From Lachnospiraceae bacterium (lineage in GTDB: Bacteria > Bacillota > Clostridia > Lachnospirales > Lachnospiraceae): a DNA stretch of 64,000 nucleotides. Location of the stretch: the NCBI GenBank assembly GCA_017561085.1, contig JAFZDQ010000060.1, positions 17,691 to 81,690 of the forward strand, given 5' to 3'. A program made the translations under genes and the position numbers. Positions 18,637 to 27,352 of this stretch are shown one piece after another; positions within the stretch are counted from its first letter, which is position 1; each line of letters begins with the position of its first letter. The notes under the pieces are model-generated. The model was given only the letters and a program-made list of their open reading frames with translations, made no database searches and was not told the DNA's origin.

Positions 18637-19788
18637 TTACTCTGCTTCAGAGATTTGAAACATTTTCTCAATCATTTGCGGGTAATTAAAGTGTGCTTTT
18701 ACCTTTTGGTAGCCGTTTGCGGCTATTTGTTTTCGGATATCATCATTTTTCAGATAAAAGTCCGCTTTATCAACGGCTTCTTCCATACTGCTGTACATAA
18801 TACAGTCTTCACCATCGGCAAAACATTCGGCCAATTCCGGTTGGTAATTGGAAAAAAGAACGCCCCGGGCACCCATAATATCCAGCGCCCGAAGAGGAAT
18901 CCCTGAACGGATGCTTTTCAAGGTGGGGTTAAGATTGAGCTTGCTGTACCGGAAAACGCAGGGCATCTCGTCGGTGTATTTTAAGGGGCCGCAAAAAGTT
19001 ACGCCGCTTAATTGGCAGGGAGCAGAGCTATAGAAATGGGTATCGTATAATTCACTGAATTGTTCCAGTAAAAAACTTCTCTCCAAGTGAGTGATTTCGG
19101 TAGCAATGGCATAACTAAGTCCGCTTTTGTTGAGGGAAAGAATTGTCTGCCCCAGCTTTTGGAAGGAACTATTTATGGAGTCCAGCAATTCGCCGGTGAT
19201 TACTTCATTTAAAAAGTTGGCGCCGTAAATGCGGAGCTGCGCTTGGAGAATTCCTTCTATGTATCCTTTTGTATAAGTGTCGGCGCAATACAGAAGTGTT
19301 TCCAGAGGAGAGTCATATAAATGGCCCACAAAAGAAATGTCTGATGTGTGCTTTTGAATTTGCGCAGGTGTGAATACAAGTTTATCCAAGCGGTCAGTAT
19401 TTACTGCTAACGGAAGATGAAAGACTCTGCTAAATCCGGCTCTTTGATATTCTTCTGCTTCGAGACGATCAAATAAAAAGATGTAGTTTGTTTCATAATG
19501 GTAAAAGTCCTGTAATTTTTCTTCCAGGGGGCTGTCGTAACTCCAGGAAAGATATTTGATGTGATGTTCATTGCATAACCGGGCTACCAGCGGGAAGAAA
19601 TTCACACTGATGACAAGGTCGTAATGGGTATTGTTTAAATATTGTGTAAAACGGTCACAAAAGAAGTCGTCGTGAAATTTGTCGGGGAAGTGGTAGTAGA
19701 CGGTTTTGCAGTTGTGTCCGGCTTTTTTCAGATAGTAGATGAAATCGTGATAGGTATAACTTCCCATATCATAAAAAAGTATATTCAT
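18637..19788 (-). CDS. CgeB/DUF3880-type glycosyltransferase, paralog 4
   Basis: ISVNFFP..WSYDSP and YTDEMPCVFRYSKLNLNPTLKSIRSGIPLRALDIMGARG. Confidence 0.82.
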   Translation of the reverse strand: MNILFYDMGSYTYHDFIYYLKKAGHNCKTVYYHFPDKFHDDFFCDRFTQYLNNTHYDLVISVNFFPLVARLCNEHHIKYLSWSYDSPLEEKLQDFYHYETNYIFLFDRLEAEEYQRAGFSRVFHLPLAVNTDRLDKLVFTPAQIQKHTSDISFVGHLYDSPLETLLYCADTYTKGYIEGILQAQLRIYGANFLNEVITGELLDSINSSFQKLGQTILSLNKSGLSYAIATEITHLERSFLLEQFSELYDTHFYSSAPCQLSGVTFCGPLKYTDEMPCVFRYSKLNLNPTLKSIRSGIPLRALDIMGARGVLFSNYQPELAECFADGEDCIMYSSMEEAVDKADFYLKNDDIRKQIAANGYQKVKAHFNYPQMIEKMFQISEAE

Positions 19789-19813
19789 AGACTGACTCCT
19801 TTTCTTTTTTTAT

Positions 19814-19842
19814 ATTATACCCACATTCGGAATTTTGTACAA
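19814..19842 (-). promoter_or_regulatory. Sigma-A promoter of glycosyltransferase paralog 4
   Basis: Minus strand TTGTAC-N17-TATAAT, upstream of an AGGAG RBS. Confidence 0.65.
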
Positions 19843-19884
19843 TGGTTACAAATAGCGATATATTTTGTGTTTACACAAATTTTA

Positions 19885-19894
19885 GGGGGGGGGG
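19885..19894. repeat. G10 homopolymer tract in a divergent intergenic region
   Basis: Ten consecutive G residues. Confidence 0.9.
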
Positions 19895-20012
19895 TAGTAC
19901 TTTGGTACTGCTTTCCCTGTTTTTTCGTAAATTTTCAGTGACTATAACCTCTTAATGTGTTAAACTACTCTGGTATTACTAGATTATCAGACTTAAGATG
20001 GAGGTTAGCAAG

Positions 20013-20345
20013 ATGACCAAAGCAGAAATTTTAAAGCAGGAGATTTTAAAGCAGTACAAGAGTGTGAGACAGTTTGCTATGGAGATGGAGATTCCCTATA
20101 GTACACTTGTGACTGCGCTTGACCGTGGCATCGAAGGAATGGCATACGGAACCGTAATCCGTATGTGCGACAGACTTAGTTTAAACCCTGTCGATTTTTC
20201 TTCCTTGGAAAAAGGCGAATCTCTTGGAGAGAAGATTCTTGAAAATCGTGTTATGCAGTATTATGTACAGATGAATAAACGCGGCCGCAAGAAAATTCTT
20301 GAAATGATGGAAGATTTTATTCAACTGGAAAAATACACAGAGTAG
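20013..20345 (+). CDS. Cro/C1-like HTH transcriptional regulator
   Basis: SVRQFAMEMEIPYSTLVTALDRG HTH. GGAGG RBS before ATG 20013. Confidence 0.75.
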   Translation: MTKAEILKQEILKQYKSVRQFAMEMEIPYSTLVTALDRGIEGMAYGTVIRMCDRLSLNPVDFSSLEKGESLGEKILENRVMQYYVQMNKRGRKKILEMMEDFIQLEKYTE

Positions 20346-20356
20346 GAGTTGTTTTT

Positions 20357-21514
20357 GTGAAAAAACATTATGACTATCTCATTGTGGGAACCGGACTGTA
20401 TGGTTCGGTTTTTTCATATGAAATGAGAAAAAAGGGGAAAACCTGTTATGCCATTGACAAACGCAGTCATGTGGCGGGAAATATTTATACCAAAGATGTG
20501 CGCGGGATTCAGGTCCATGAATACGGCGCGCATATTTTCCATACCTCGGACAAGCGGATTTGGGACTATGTGAATCAGTTTGCGGAATTTAATCATTACG
20601 TGAATTCCCCGGTGGCAATCTATAAGGATGAGGTTTATAATCTCCCTTTTAATATGAATACCTTCAGTAAGCTCTGGGGCGTGAAGACACCGGACGAGGC
20701 CAAAGCAAAGATTGCGGAGCAGATTGGTGCCCTCGGGATTACCCAGCCTTCCAATTTGGAGGAGCAGGCTTTGTCCCTTGCCGGAACAGATGTATATGAG
20801 AAGCTGGTGAAGGGCTATACCGAAAAACAGTGGGGAAGAGCCTGCAGCGAGTTGCCGGCATTTATCATTAAAAGACTGCCTCTTCGTTTTACTTATGACA
20901 ATAATTATTTTAATGACAGATACCAGGGTATTCCCATTGGCGGTTATACACAGATTGCAGAAAAACTGTTAGAGGGAACGGAAGTGGAGCTTTCCGTAGA
21001 CTACCGCAGCTTTTGTGAGAAACAGCGAAAGAAGGAAGCGGCGGGCAAGGATTACATTACCTTTGATAAAGTGCTTTATACCGGTATGATTGATGAGTAT
21101 TTTGATTATTGCCTTGGTCACTTGGAATACCGCTCTTTACGCTTTGAGCAGGAGGATATGCCGGCCTGTGAGAATTATCAGGGAAATGCTGTGGTGAATT
21201 ATACCGAGCGGGAAGTACCTTACACCAGAATCATTGAGCACAAGCACTTTGAGTTCGGTCAGGGAGAGGGAACCCTGATTACCAGAGAATATCCGTTGGA
21301 GTGGAAGCCCGGTGATGAGCCTTATTATCCGGTGAACAATGAGAGAAATGATACGTTGTTTGCAAGATACCGGGAGCTGGCCAAAAAGGAAGAAAATGTT
21401 TTGTTTGGCGGCAGACTCGGCGGGTACAAATATTACGATATGGACAAGGTGATATTGGCGGCTCTTGAGATGGCAGAAGCAGAGATTGCACGGGCAGAGA
21501 ATGCACAGGTATAA
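20357..21514 (+). CDS. glf: UDP-galactopyranose mutase
   Basis: YDYLIVGTGLYG FAD motif, HEYGAHIFHT, YTRIIEHKHF, GRLGGYKYYDMD. Confidence 0.95.
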   Translation: MKKHYDYLIVGTGLYGSVFSYEMRKKGKTCYAIDKRSHVAGNIYTKDVRGIQVHEYGAHIFHTSDKRIWDYVNQFAEFNHYVNSPVAIYKDEVYNLPFNMNTFSKLWGVKTPDEAKAKIAEQIGALGITQPSNLEEQALSLAGTDVYEKLVKGYTEKQWGRACSELPAFIIKRLPLRFTYDNNYFNDRYQGIPIGGYTQIAEKLLEGTEVELSVDYRSFCEKQRKKEAAGKDYITFDKVLYTGMIDEYFDYCLGHLEYRSLRFEQEDMPACENYQGNAVVNYTEREVPYTRIIEHKHFEFGQGEGTLITREYPLEWKPGDEPYYPVNNERNDTLFARYRELAKKEENVLFGGRLGGYKYYDMDKVILAALEMAEAEIARAENAQV

Positions 21515-21577
21515 AACGAGAAACGTGCCCCCGAATACAGGGGTATAGGACAAAGTAAAGTGAAAAAATTGTAAAAG

Positions 21578-21628
21578 AAAAGCCGTAAGGCGGAAGTTTG
21601 ATTCCTGACCTTACGGCTTATTTTTTGA
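21578..21628. terminator. Bidirectional terminator-like hairpin between glf and the FliD-like gene
   Basis: AAAAGCCGTAAGG ... CCTTACGGCTTATTTTTT. Confidence 0.6.
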
Positions 21629-21655
21629 TTTTGGAACAGAGGATTGGCTCTGCTA

Positions 21656-22966
21656 TTAACAATAATCGCTGAACATCATACCGCTGTAGGTGCTTGCTAC
21701 ATAGGGGGCTGCGAAGTTGTGTCCCGGGTTCTTGTAGGCAACAACGGTACGGTCTACATACTGCATGGGATTTAAGGAAATCTCCCCTGTCTTGGCTAAA
21801 ACGGAATTGGCGAAATTCTGCACTACGGAAAGAGATTCTTTACCGCTGTCGGAGAGGGCGTTTTGGCGGAGTGCTTCTTTATCTAAAGAAAGGGTTCCGT
21901 CTTCGGTAAAGGAAACACCCATCTGCGAAAATTCAGCCTCGTAGGTGCGGGAGATGCGGTACATCTCGTTAACCAGCCGGTTGCTCTTGGGGAAACTTTC
22001 ACTGTATCCTGAGGTACTGGTGATAAAGTTGTTGTATCCGTTGATTAATTCCTGCACATTTTCGGTGAGGGATTCTACGTCTGTCTTCAAACCGATTTGG
22101 GCGCTTTCGCCTTCGGCCTTGCGTTCCCGGTTCAGGGTAAGCTCATACATCCTGTCGATGGTAAAGTTGTTGGAGGAGGCCCATCTGGGTTCTCCGTTTA
22201 ACAAAAATTCCGCGTTGGAAGGCTTGTGTGAGATATTGGAAAGTCCCAGATATTCCACGCTTCCTTTTTGCTTGCTGGATTCTTCGTCGGAAACCCTAAA
22301 GAGAATCTCCCGTCCTCCCTTTAATCCGGTAGAGGTGGTTGCGAGCCGCAGGGAACTGTTACCGGCGCCGTCCTCAAGGATATCAGCCTTCAGTCCGATC
22401 TCAGCATTGGTAATCAGTCTGGAGAGACGTTCCTGGATTTCACGGTTGGTTTCTCCTTCGTGGATATTATATTGGAATTCGTAACTTAAATCGTTAATGG
22501 TAATGTCAAAGGAATAGGATGCCGGAGGAAGGGGAACGGCCGCTCCGGAAGGGAGAGCGGTTCCGGTATTAACCTGTCCGGAAGCCAAAGTCACAACTTC
22601 TAATTCGAAAGGTGTAACAGAGGATTCGTCTGCAGCTTCTCCGATGTAGGTGGCACTGACCATATCGTTTATGGTGGAGTATGCCACTTTTTTATTCAGC
22701 ATTTCATCTTCGTCCAAACCGCCCAAAGACGCAATGGTATTACGAAGTGCCCTGGCACCTTCTTTCAGACCGATGGCGAAATCATGAATGTCCTTCGTGT
22801 TGTTAGGAAGATACAGGGGTGATTCTTTATTCAGTTTGACAATGGAATTATAAATACTGCGAAGCTCGCTCTTCTTGTGCGAATCATAGCGCGACGAAGA
22901 GTTCTTCGGCATATAAGATGTGGAATAATTTGATAACGCAGTATTGAGCGCAGAATTATAAGCCAT
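21656..22966 (-). CDS. Non-canonical FliD-like (flagellar cap family) protein, 436 aa
   Basis: LEVVTLASGQVNTG and NAEFLLNGEPRWASSNNFTI (cf. FliD DA.F..NG...S..N.F), plus ENVQELINGYN. AAGGAGG RBS before ATG at 22966. Confidence 0.65.
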   Translation of the reverse strand: MAYNSALNTALSNYSTSYMPKNSSSRYDSHKKSELRSIYNSIVKLNKESPLYLPNNTKDIHDFAIGLKEGARALRNTIASLGGLDEDEMLNKKVAYSTINDMVSATYIGEAADESSVTPFELEVVTLASGQVNTGTALPSGAAVPLPPASYSFDITINDLSYEFQYNIHEGETNREIQERLSRLITNAEIGLKADILEDGAGNSSLRLATTSTGLKGGREILFRVSDEESSKQKGSVEYLGLSNISHKPSNAEFLLNGEPRWASSNNFTIDRMYELTLNRERKAEGESAQIGLKTDVESLTENVQELINGYNNFITSTSGYSESFPKSNRLVNEMYRISRTYEAEFSQMGVSFTEDGTLSLDKEALRQNALSDSGKESLSVVQNFANSVLAKTGEISLNPMQYVDRTVVAYKNPGHNFAAPYVASTYSGMMFSDYC

Positions 22967-23233
22967 GCCAGCCCCTCCTTTCTTCCTTGAATTACCTGTC
23001 CTTTGACAGGGAGACGTTTTCAAATATCAGTTGCCATATCCTTATGGAACATATATAATATAGGAAACGTTTCTCGTTGAGGGCATAAAAGCCTACTTTT
23101 GTAAGTTTATTTTAGCACTTCAGGAAACAAAATACAAGATTAAATTCAAAAACAGTTGAAAAAACAAAGAAAAACCGGAAGCGGGAACACCGCATAAATC
23201 CTAATAAAATCCTAAGAAATTGCGAAAAATCAG

Positions 23234-23262
23234 TTGACTGGCGCAAAAGGATATGTTATAGT
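23234..23262 (+). promoter_or_regulatory. Sigma-A promoter of rpmG-secE-nusG
   Basis: TTGACT-N17-TATAGT with an extended -10 TG. Confidence 0.75.
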
Positions 23263-23331
23263 TTACAAGCGAGATGAGATTTAGGTCTTTTTTTTATGCT
23301 CAAAATCCGGTAAAAGATTGGAGGAATTAAT

Positions 23332-23481
23332 ATGCGTACAAGAATTACATTAGCATGTACAGAATGTAAGCAGCGTAACTACAATACGACTAAAGATAAG
23401 AAGACACATCCCGACAGGATGGAAACTAAGAAATATTGTAGATTCTGCAAAACTCATACCATGCACAAAGAAACCAAGTAA
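23332..23481 (+). CDS. rpmG: 50S ribosomal protein L33 (Zn-binding type; not in the supplied ORF track)
   Basis: [49 protein letters not shown], with GGAGG RBS. Confidence 0.97.
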   Translation: MRTRITLACTECKQRNYNTTKDKKTHPDRMETKKYCRFCKTHTMHKETK

Positions 23482-23509
23482 TTGCTTAGATGTTTGAAAG
23501 GAGTTAATT

Positions 23510-23719
23510 ATGGCAGATTCCGCTAAGAAAGAAAAAACATCAAAACCCAGCTTTTTCAAGGGCGTTAAGGCAGAATTTAAGAAAATTATATGGCCTGACA
23601 AGGAGTCACTTTTCAAGCAGTCTATAGCAGTTGTTTGCATTTCGGTTGTTGTAGGTGTTATCATCGCGATTATCGATTTCGTGATGAAGTATGGGGTTGA
23701 TTTCCTGACAAGTCTGTAG
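23510..23719 (+). CDS. secE: Preprotein translocase subunit SecE
   Basis: FFKGVKAEFKKIIWP plus one TM helix. Between rpmG and nusG. Confidence 0.93.
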   Translation: MADSAKKEKTSKPSFFKGVKAEFKKIIWPDKESLFKQSIAVVCISVVVGVIIAIIDFVMKYGVDFLTSL

Positions 23720-23734
23720 AGTGAGGGAGATAAT

Positions 23735-24250
23735 ATGGCAGAAGCAAATTGGTATGTAGTACATACCTACTCGGGATATGAAAATAAGGTGAAAGCCAAT
23801 ATTGAGAAAACCATCGAAAACAGACATCTTGAAGAAGAAATTCTGGAAGTCCGTGTTCCTATGCAGGATGTTGTGGAACTGAAAAACGGCACCAGAAAAA
23901 CAGTGCAGAAAAAGATGTTCCCGGGCTATGTGTTAATCAACATGATTATGAATGATGAAACATGGTATGTGGTTCGTAACACAAGAGGTGTTACAGGATT
24001 CGTTGGTCCCGGAAGCAAACCGGTTCCGCTCACAGAGGCTGAAATGAAACCTCTCGGAATCAAGGTAGATAACATTTCTGTTGATTTTGCTGAAGGAGAT
24101 ACCATCGCAGTGGTTGCCGGTGTTTGGAAAGACACGGTTGGCGTTGTACAGCGTATGGACTTTGGTAAACAGACAGCTACCATTAATGTAGAACTGTTCG
24201 GCAGAGAAACACCTGTTGAAATCAGTTTTGCAGAAGTGAGAAAAATGTAA
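23735..24250 (+). CDS. nusG: Transcription termination/antitermination factor NusG
   Basis: WYVVHTYSGYENKVK, FPGYVL, VTGFVG, VELFGRETPVE. Confidence 0.98.
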   Translation: MAEANWYVVHTYSGYENKVKANIEKTIENRHLEEEILEVRVPMQDVVELKNGTRKTVQKKMFPGYVLINMIMNDETWYVVRNTRGVTGFVGPGSKPVPLTEAEMKPLGIKVDNISVDFAEGDTIAVVAGVWKDTVGVVQRMDFGKQTATINVELFGRETPVEISFAEVRKM

Positions 24251-24324
24251 TGATATTTATAAGGAGCTAAGCTTCTTTATAAATATAGAGGAACTTTAAA
24301 ATGTCTATGATTTATTCATGGACC

Positions 24325-24408
24325 GTGGGAGCAGAGAGCCGGTTGCGGCGGCGGACTCTTGGGAGTAACCACTGCCGGGAGCACGATCGGAAGGATGCGC
24401 CATACCAC
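24325..24408 (+). promoter_or_regulatory. Putative L1-binding leader upstream of rplK
   Basis: GTGGGAG...ACCAC motif (24325-24372) and a second GGGAG...ACCAC (24377-24408). Confidence 0.45.
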
Positions 24409-24443
24409 AATGCATTTATTGCATTATTATAGGAGGTGCCACA

Positions 24444-24869
24444 ATGGCAAAGAAAGTAGAAGGATATATTAAGTTACAGATCCCTGCTGGTAAAGCAACA
24501 CCAGCTCCCCCGGTTGGTCCTGCACTTGGACAGCACGGTGTAAACATTGTTGAATTTACCAAACAGTTCAACGCAAGAACAGCTGATAAGGGCGATGTTA
24601 TCATCCCCGTAGTTATCACAGTATATGCGGACAGAAGTTTCAGTTTTGTTACAAAGACTCCCCCTGCTGCAGTACTTCTTAAGAAAGCTTGTAACATCAA
24701 GTCCGGTTCCGCAGTTCCGAACAAGACTAAGGTTGCTACAATTTCTAAAGCAAAGATTCAGGAAATCGCAGAAATGAAGATGCCTGACTTAAACGCAGCA
24801 AGCCTCGAAGCAGCTATGAGCATGATCGCAGGTACAGCAAGAAGTATGGGTATTAAGGTAGAGGACTAA
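24444..24869 (+). CDS. rplK: 50S ribosomal protein L11
   Basis: [27 protein letters not shown]. Confidence 0.98.
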   Translation: MAKKVEGYIKLQIPAGKATPAPPVGPALGQHGVNIVEFTKQFNARTADKGDVIIPVVITVYADRSFSFVTKTPPAAVLLKKACNIKSGSAVPNKTKVATISKAKIQEIAEMKMPDLNAASLEAAMSMIAGTARSMGIKVED

Positions 24870-24886
24870 TAACAAATTTGTAGAGA

Positions 24887-24918
24887 GTGGGAGACAACTA
24901 AGTTGTCGTTTGAACCAT
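24887..24918 (+). promoter_or_regulatory. Putative L1-binding site upstream of rplA
   Basis: GTGGGA-GACAAC-TAA-GTTGTC-GTTTGA-ACCAT directly before the AGGAGG SD. Confidence 0.55.
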
Positions 24919-24932
24919 AGGAGGATTTAATA

Positions 24933-25622
24933 ATGAAACATGGAAAGAAATATAATGAGGTTGCTAAACAGGTAGACCGTTCTGTAGCTTATGAACCTGC
25001 AGAAGCAGTAGCTTTAGCAAAGAAAACCGCAGTAGCTAAGTTTGATGAAACAATCGAAGTTCATATCAGAACCGGTTGTGACGGACGTCATGCTGAACAG
25101 CAGATCCGTGGTGCAGTAGTACTTCCCAACGGAACAGGTAAGACTGTTAAGGTTTTAGTATTTGCTAAAGGTGATAAAGTAAACGAAGCAGAAGCTGCCG
25201 GCGCAGATTATGTAGGCGGCGACGAACTGATTCCCAAGATTCAGAACGAAGGATGGCTTGATTTCGACGTTGTTGTAGCTACACCTGATATGATGGGTGT
25301 TGTAGGTCGTCTTGGTAAGGTACTTGGTCCTAAAGGCTTAATGCCCAACCCTAAAGCAGGAACAGTTACCATGGATGTAACCAAAGCTATCAACGATATT
25401 AAGGCTGGTAAGATTGAATACAGACTTGATAAGTCCAATATCATTCACTGTCCTATCGGAAAAGCTTCTTTCACAGAAGAAAAGCTTCAGGAGAACTTCA
25501 CAGCTCTCATGGAAGCAATCGTTAAGGCAAAACCTTCAGCATTAAAGGGTCAGTATTTAAGAAGTATTACACTTACTTCCACAATGGGCCCCGGCGTTAA
25601 GGTTAATACAGCTAAATTCTAA
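24933..25622 (+). CDS. rplA: 50S ribosomal protein L1
   Basis: [39 protein letters not shown]. Confidence 0.98.
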   Translation: MKHGKKYNEVAKQVDRSVAYEPAEAVALAKKTAVAKFDETIEVHIRTGCDGRHAEQQIRGAVVLPNGTGKTVKVLVFAKGDKVNEAEAAGADYVGGDELIPKIQNEGWLDFDVVVATPDMMGVVGRLGKVLGPKGLMPNPKAGTVTMDVTKAINDIKAGKIEYRLDKSNIIHCPIGKASFTEEKLQENFTALMEAIVKAKPSALKGQYLRSITLTSTMGPGVKVNTAKF

Positions 25623-25647
25623 TCTCAAACCGGAAAAAATAAAAATG

Positions 25648-25683
25648 AAAACCGTTTCTGCTATGGCAGAGGCGGTTTTTTTA
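25648..25683 (+). terminator. Intrinsic terminator after rplA
   Basis: AAAACCGTTTCTGC-TATG-GCAGAGGCGGTTTTTTT. Confidence 0.75.
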
Positions 25684-25715
25684 TGTTATTCTGAAATGAG
25701 GAAAAGGAAAAAACT

Positions 25716-27047
25716 ATGAACAGGAATGCACGAAAACGTAAAAATAAAATAGGCACATTTTTTCTGACCTTATCCCTGGTTTTGCTTGTGGGGCTTGCCG
25801 GGATTTGGGCTGTTCTTTTCGTGGGCGGAAAAGAGGGCGGTATCTTTGCCGGTGCCGGCAGCGCTTCTGCCGGGCAGGAAATAAAGCCGGTGGAACTTCT
25901 TTTTCCCAAGGATATTGTGAAAGAAAAGATTCCGGAAAAAGCGCAGATTCCTTCTCTTAAGGATGGGGAAGGTGCGCCGGCGTCTGAGGAAGATGTTGCC
26001 GGAGGAAAACCGGGCTCGGGGACCTTTGCGGGCACTGATTCTGTAGCGGAAAAAGGGCGGCAGACGACATTTTTCTTAGATACGAAGAAACCCCGGAAGA
26101 TTACTTTTTGCTTTGCGGGGGACATTTTGTTTGATGATGAGTACGCGGTGATGGCGAGTCTCATCCGTAGGGGAGGTGCCATAGAAGAGGGCATTTCTCC
26201 CGAACTTTTGGAAATCATGCGTGGCGCAGATGTGACGATTGTAAATAATGAATTTCCTTATACCGACAGAGGGACACCGGTGGAAGGAAAAACCTTTACC
26301 TTCCGCGGAGATGAAAGTACGGTTAGTTACCTTCATGATATGGGAGTTGATGCGGTGACTTTGGGCAACAACCATGCCTATGATTTCGGGGAAGAAGGAT
26401 TCTTGGATACCCTGAGAGTACTGGAAGAGAATGATGTGGCGTATGTGGGCGCGGGACGGAATCTGCGGGAGGCGGCGCAGCCTTTGTTTTTTGAAGTGGA
26501 AGGGCTTAAGGTGGCGGTTGTGGCGGCTACCCAGATCGAGCGGCTGAACAATCCGGATACCAAAGGCGCGACAGAAACGGAAGCGGGTGTGATGCGCTGC
26601 TTTCAACCGGATAAATTTTGCGAAGCGGTAACTGCAGCGAAGGAAGAGGCTGACTTTGTAATAGCGCTGGTGCACTGGGGCACGGAAAACCAGGTGGAGA
26701 AGGACTGGGCCCAGATAGAACAGGCCCCGAAGATAGCTGCAGCGGGAGCGGATTTGATTGTTGGAACCCATCCCCATATTTTACAGGGAGTAGAATATTT
26801 TTGGGAAACGCCGGTGGTGTACAGTTTGGGCAATTTTTGGTTTAATTCCAAGGAAATCGACACCGGACTTTTGAAGGTGACGATTGGTGAGACTGGGATT
26901 CTTGATCTTGAATTTGTGCCTGCCATCCAGAAAAATTGCAAGACAACCCTTGCACAGGGAGAGGACCGTGCGAGAATTATTTCCTATATGGATAGTATTT
27001 CCTATGAAGCCGGTGTCGGACCGGATGGGAAGATTTATGGAGAGTAA
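25716..27047 (+). CDS. CapA/PGA_cap family metallophosphoesterase-fold protein with N-terminal membrane anchor
   Basis: FAGDI, NNE, LGNNHAYDFG, HWG, GTHPHILQGVE, YSLGNF motifs. Confidence 0.88.
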   Translation: MNRNARKRKNKIGTFFLTLSLVLLVGLAGIWAVLFVGGKEGGIFAGAGSASAGQEIKPVELLFPKDIVKEKIPEKAQIPSLKDGEGAPASEEDVAGGKPGSGTFAGTDSVAEKGRQTTFFLDTKKPRKITFCFAGDILFDDEYAVMASLIRRGGAIEEGISPELLEIMRGADVTIVNNEFPYTDRGTPVEGKTFTFRGDESTVSYLHDMGVDAVTLGNNHAYDFGEEGFLDTLRVLEENDVAYVGAGRNLREAAQPLFFEVEGLKVAVVAATQIERLNNPDTKGATETEAGVMRCFQPDKFCEAVTAAKEEADFVIALVHWGTENQVEKDWAQIEQAPKIAAAGADLIVGTHPHILQGVEYFWETPVVYSLGNFWFNSKEIDTGLLKVTIGETGILDLEFVPAIQKNCKTTLAQGEDRARIISYMDSISYEAGVGPDGKIYGE

Positions 27048-27066
27048 AGAAAAAGTGAAATTGTGC

Positions 27067-27095
27067 TTGACATGTACTCTGTGGTGTGCTATGTT
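27067..27095 (+). promoter_or_regulatory. Sigma-A promoter of rplJL
   Basis: TTGACA-N17-TATGTT with an extended -10 TG. Confidence 0.75.
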
Positions 27096-27109
27096 AAGTA
27101 AGGTCGTTT

Positions 27110-27231
27110 GACCATGCCGAAGACAGTAGGTGCTAAAGCCATTAGGCAGAAGCGTAAGTGTATCGCCTACCGAGGAGAAGAGTTTATGATGAAACATTCT
27201 ATCCTTCCGTCTTTCGGGAGGATATTTTTTT
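27110..27231 (+). ncRNA. L10 leader (rplJ autoregulatory RNA) with attenuator terminator
   Basis: CCGAAGACAGTAGG...CCTACCGAGG pattern, then ATCCTTCC/GGGAGGAT hairpin with a T-run. Confidence 0.8.
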
Positions 27232-27233
27232 AG

Positions 27234-27283
27234 ATGCGTATCCCGCAGGAAGGAAAGCGTTTAAGTGCAACCTGCACGTGCGC
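27234..27283 (+). repeat. Dispersed 50-nt structured motif, copy A (divergent)
   Basis: ATGCGTATCCCGCAGG-AAGGAAA-GCGT-TTAA-GTGC-AA-CCTGCACGTGCGC. Same architecture as 28484 and 36592. Confidence 0.55.
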
Positions 27284-27352
27284 AGAGCTTGTGTATGGCA
27301 CGGGCATATATTAAACTCCTATCGGCAGAAAATCTAAAAGGAGGTAAAGAAA

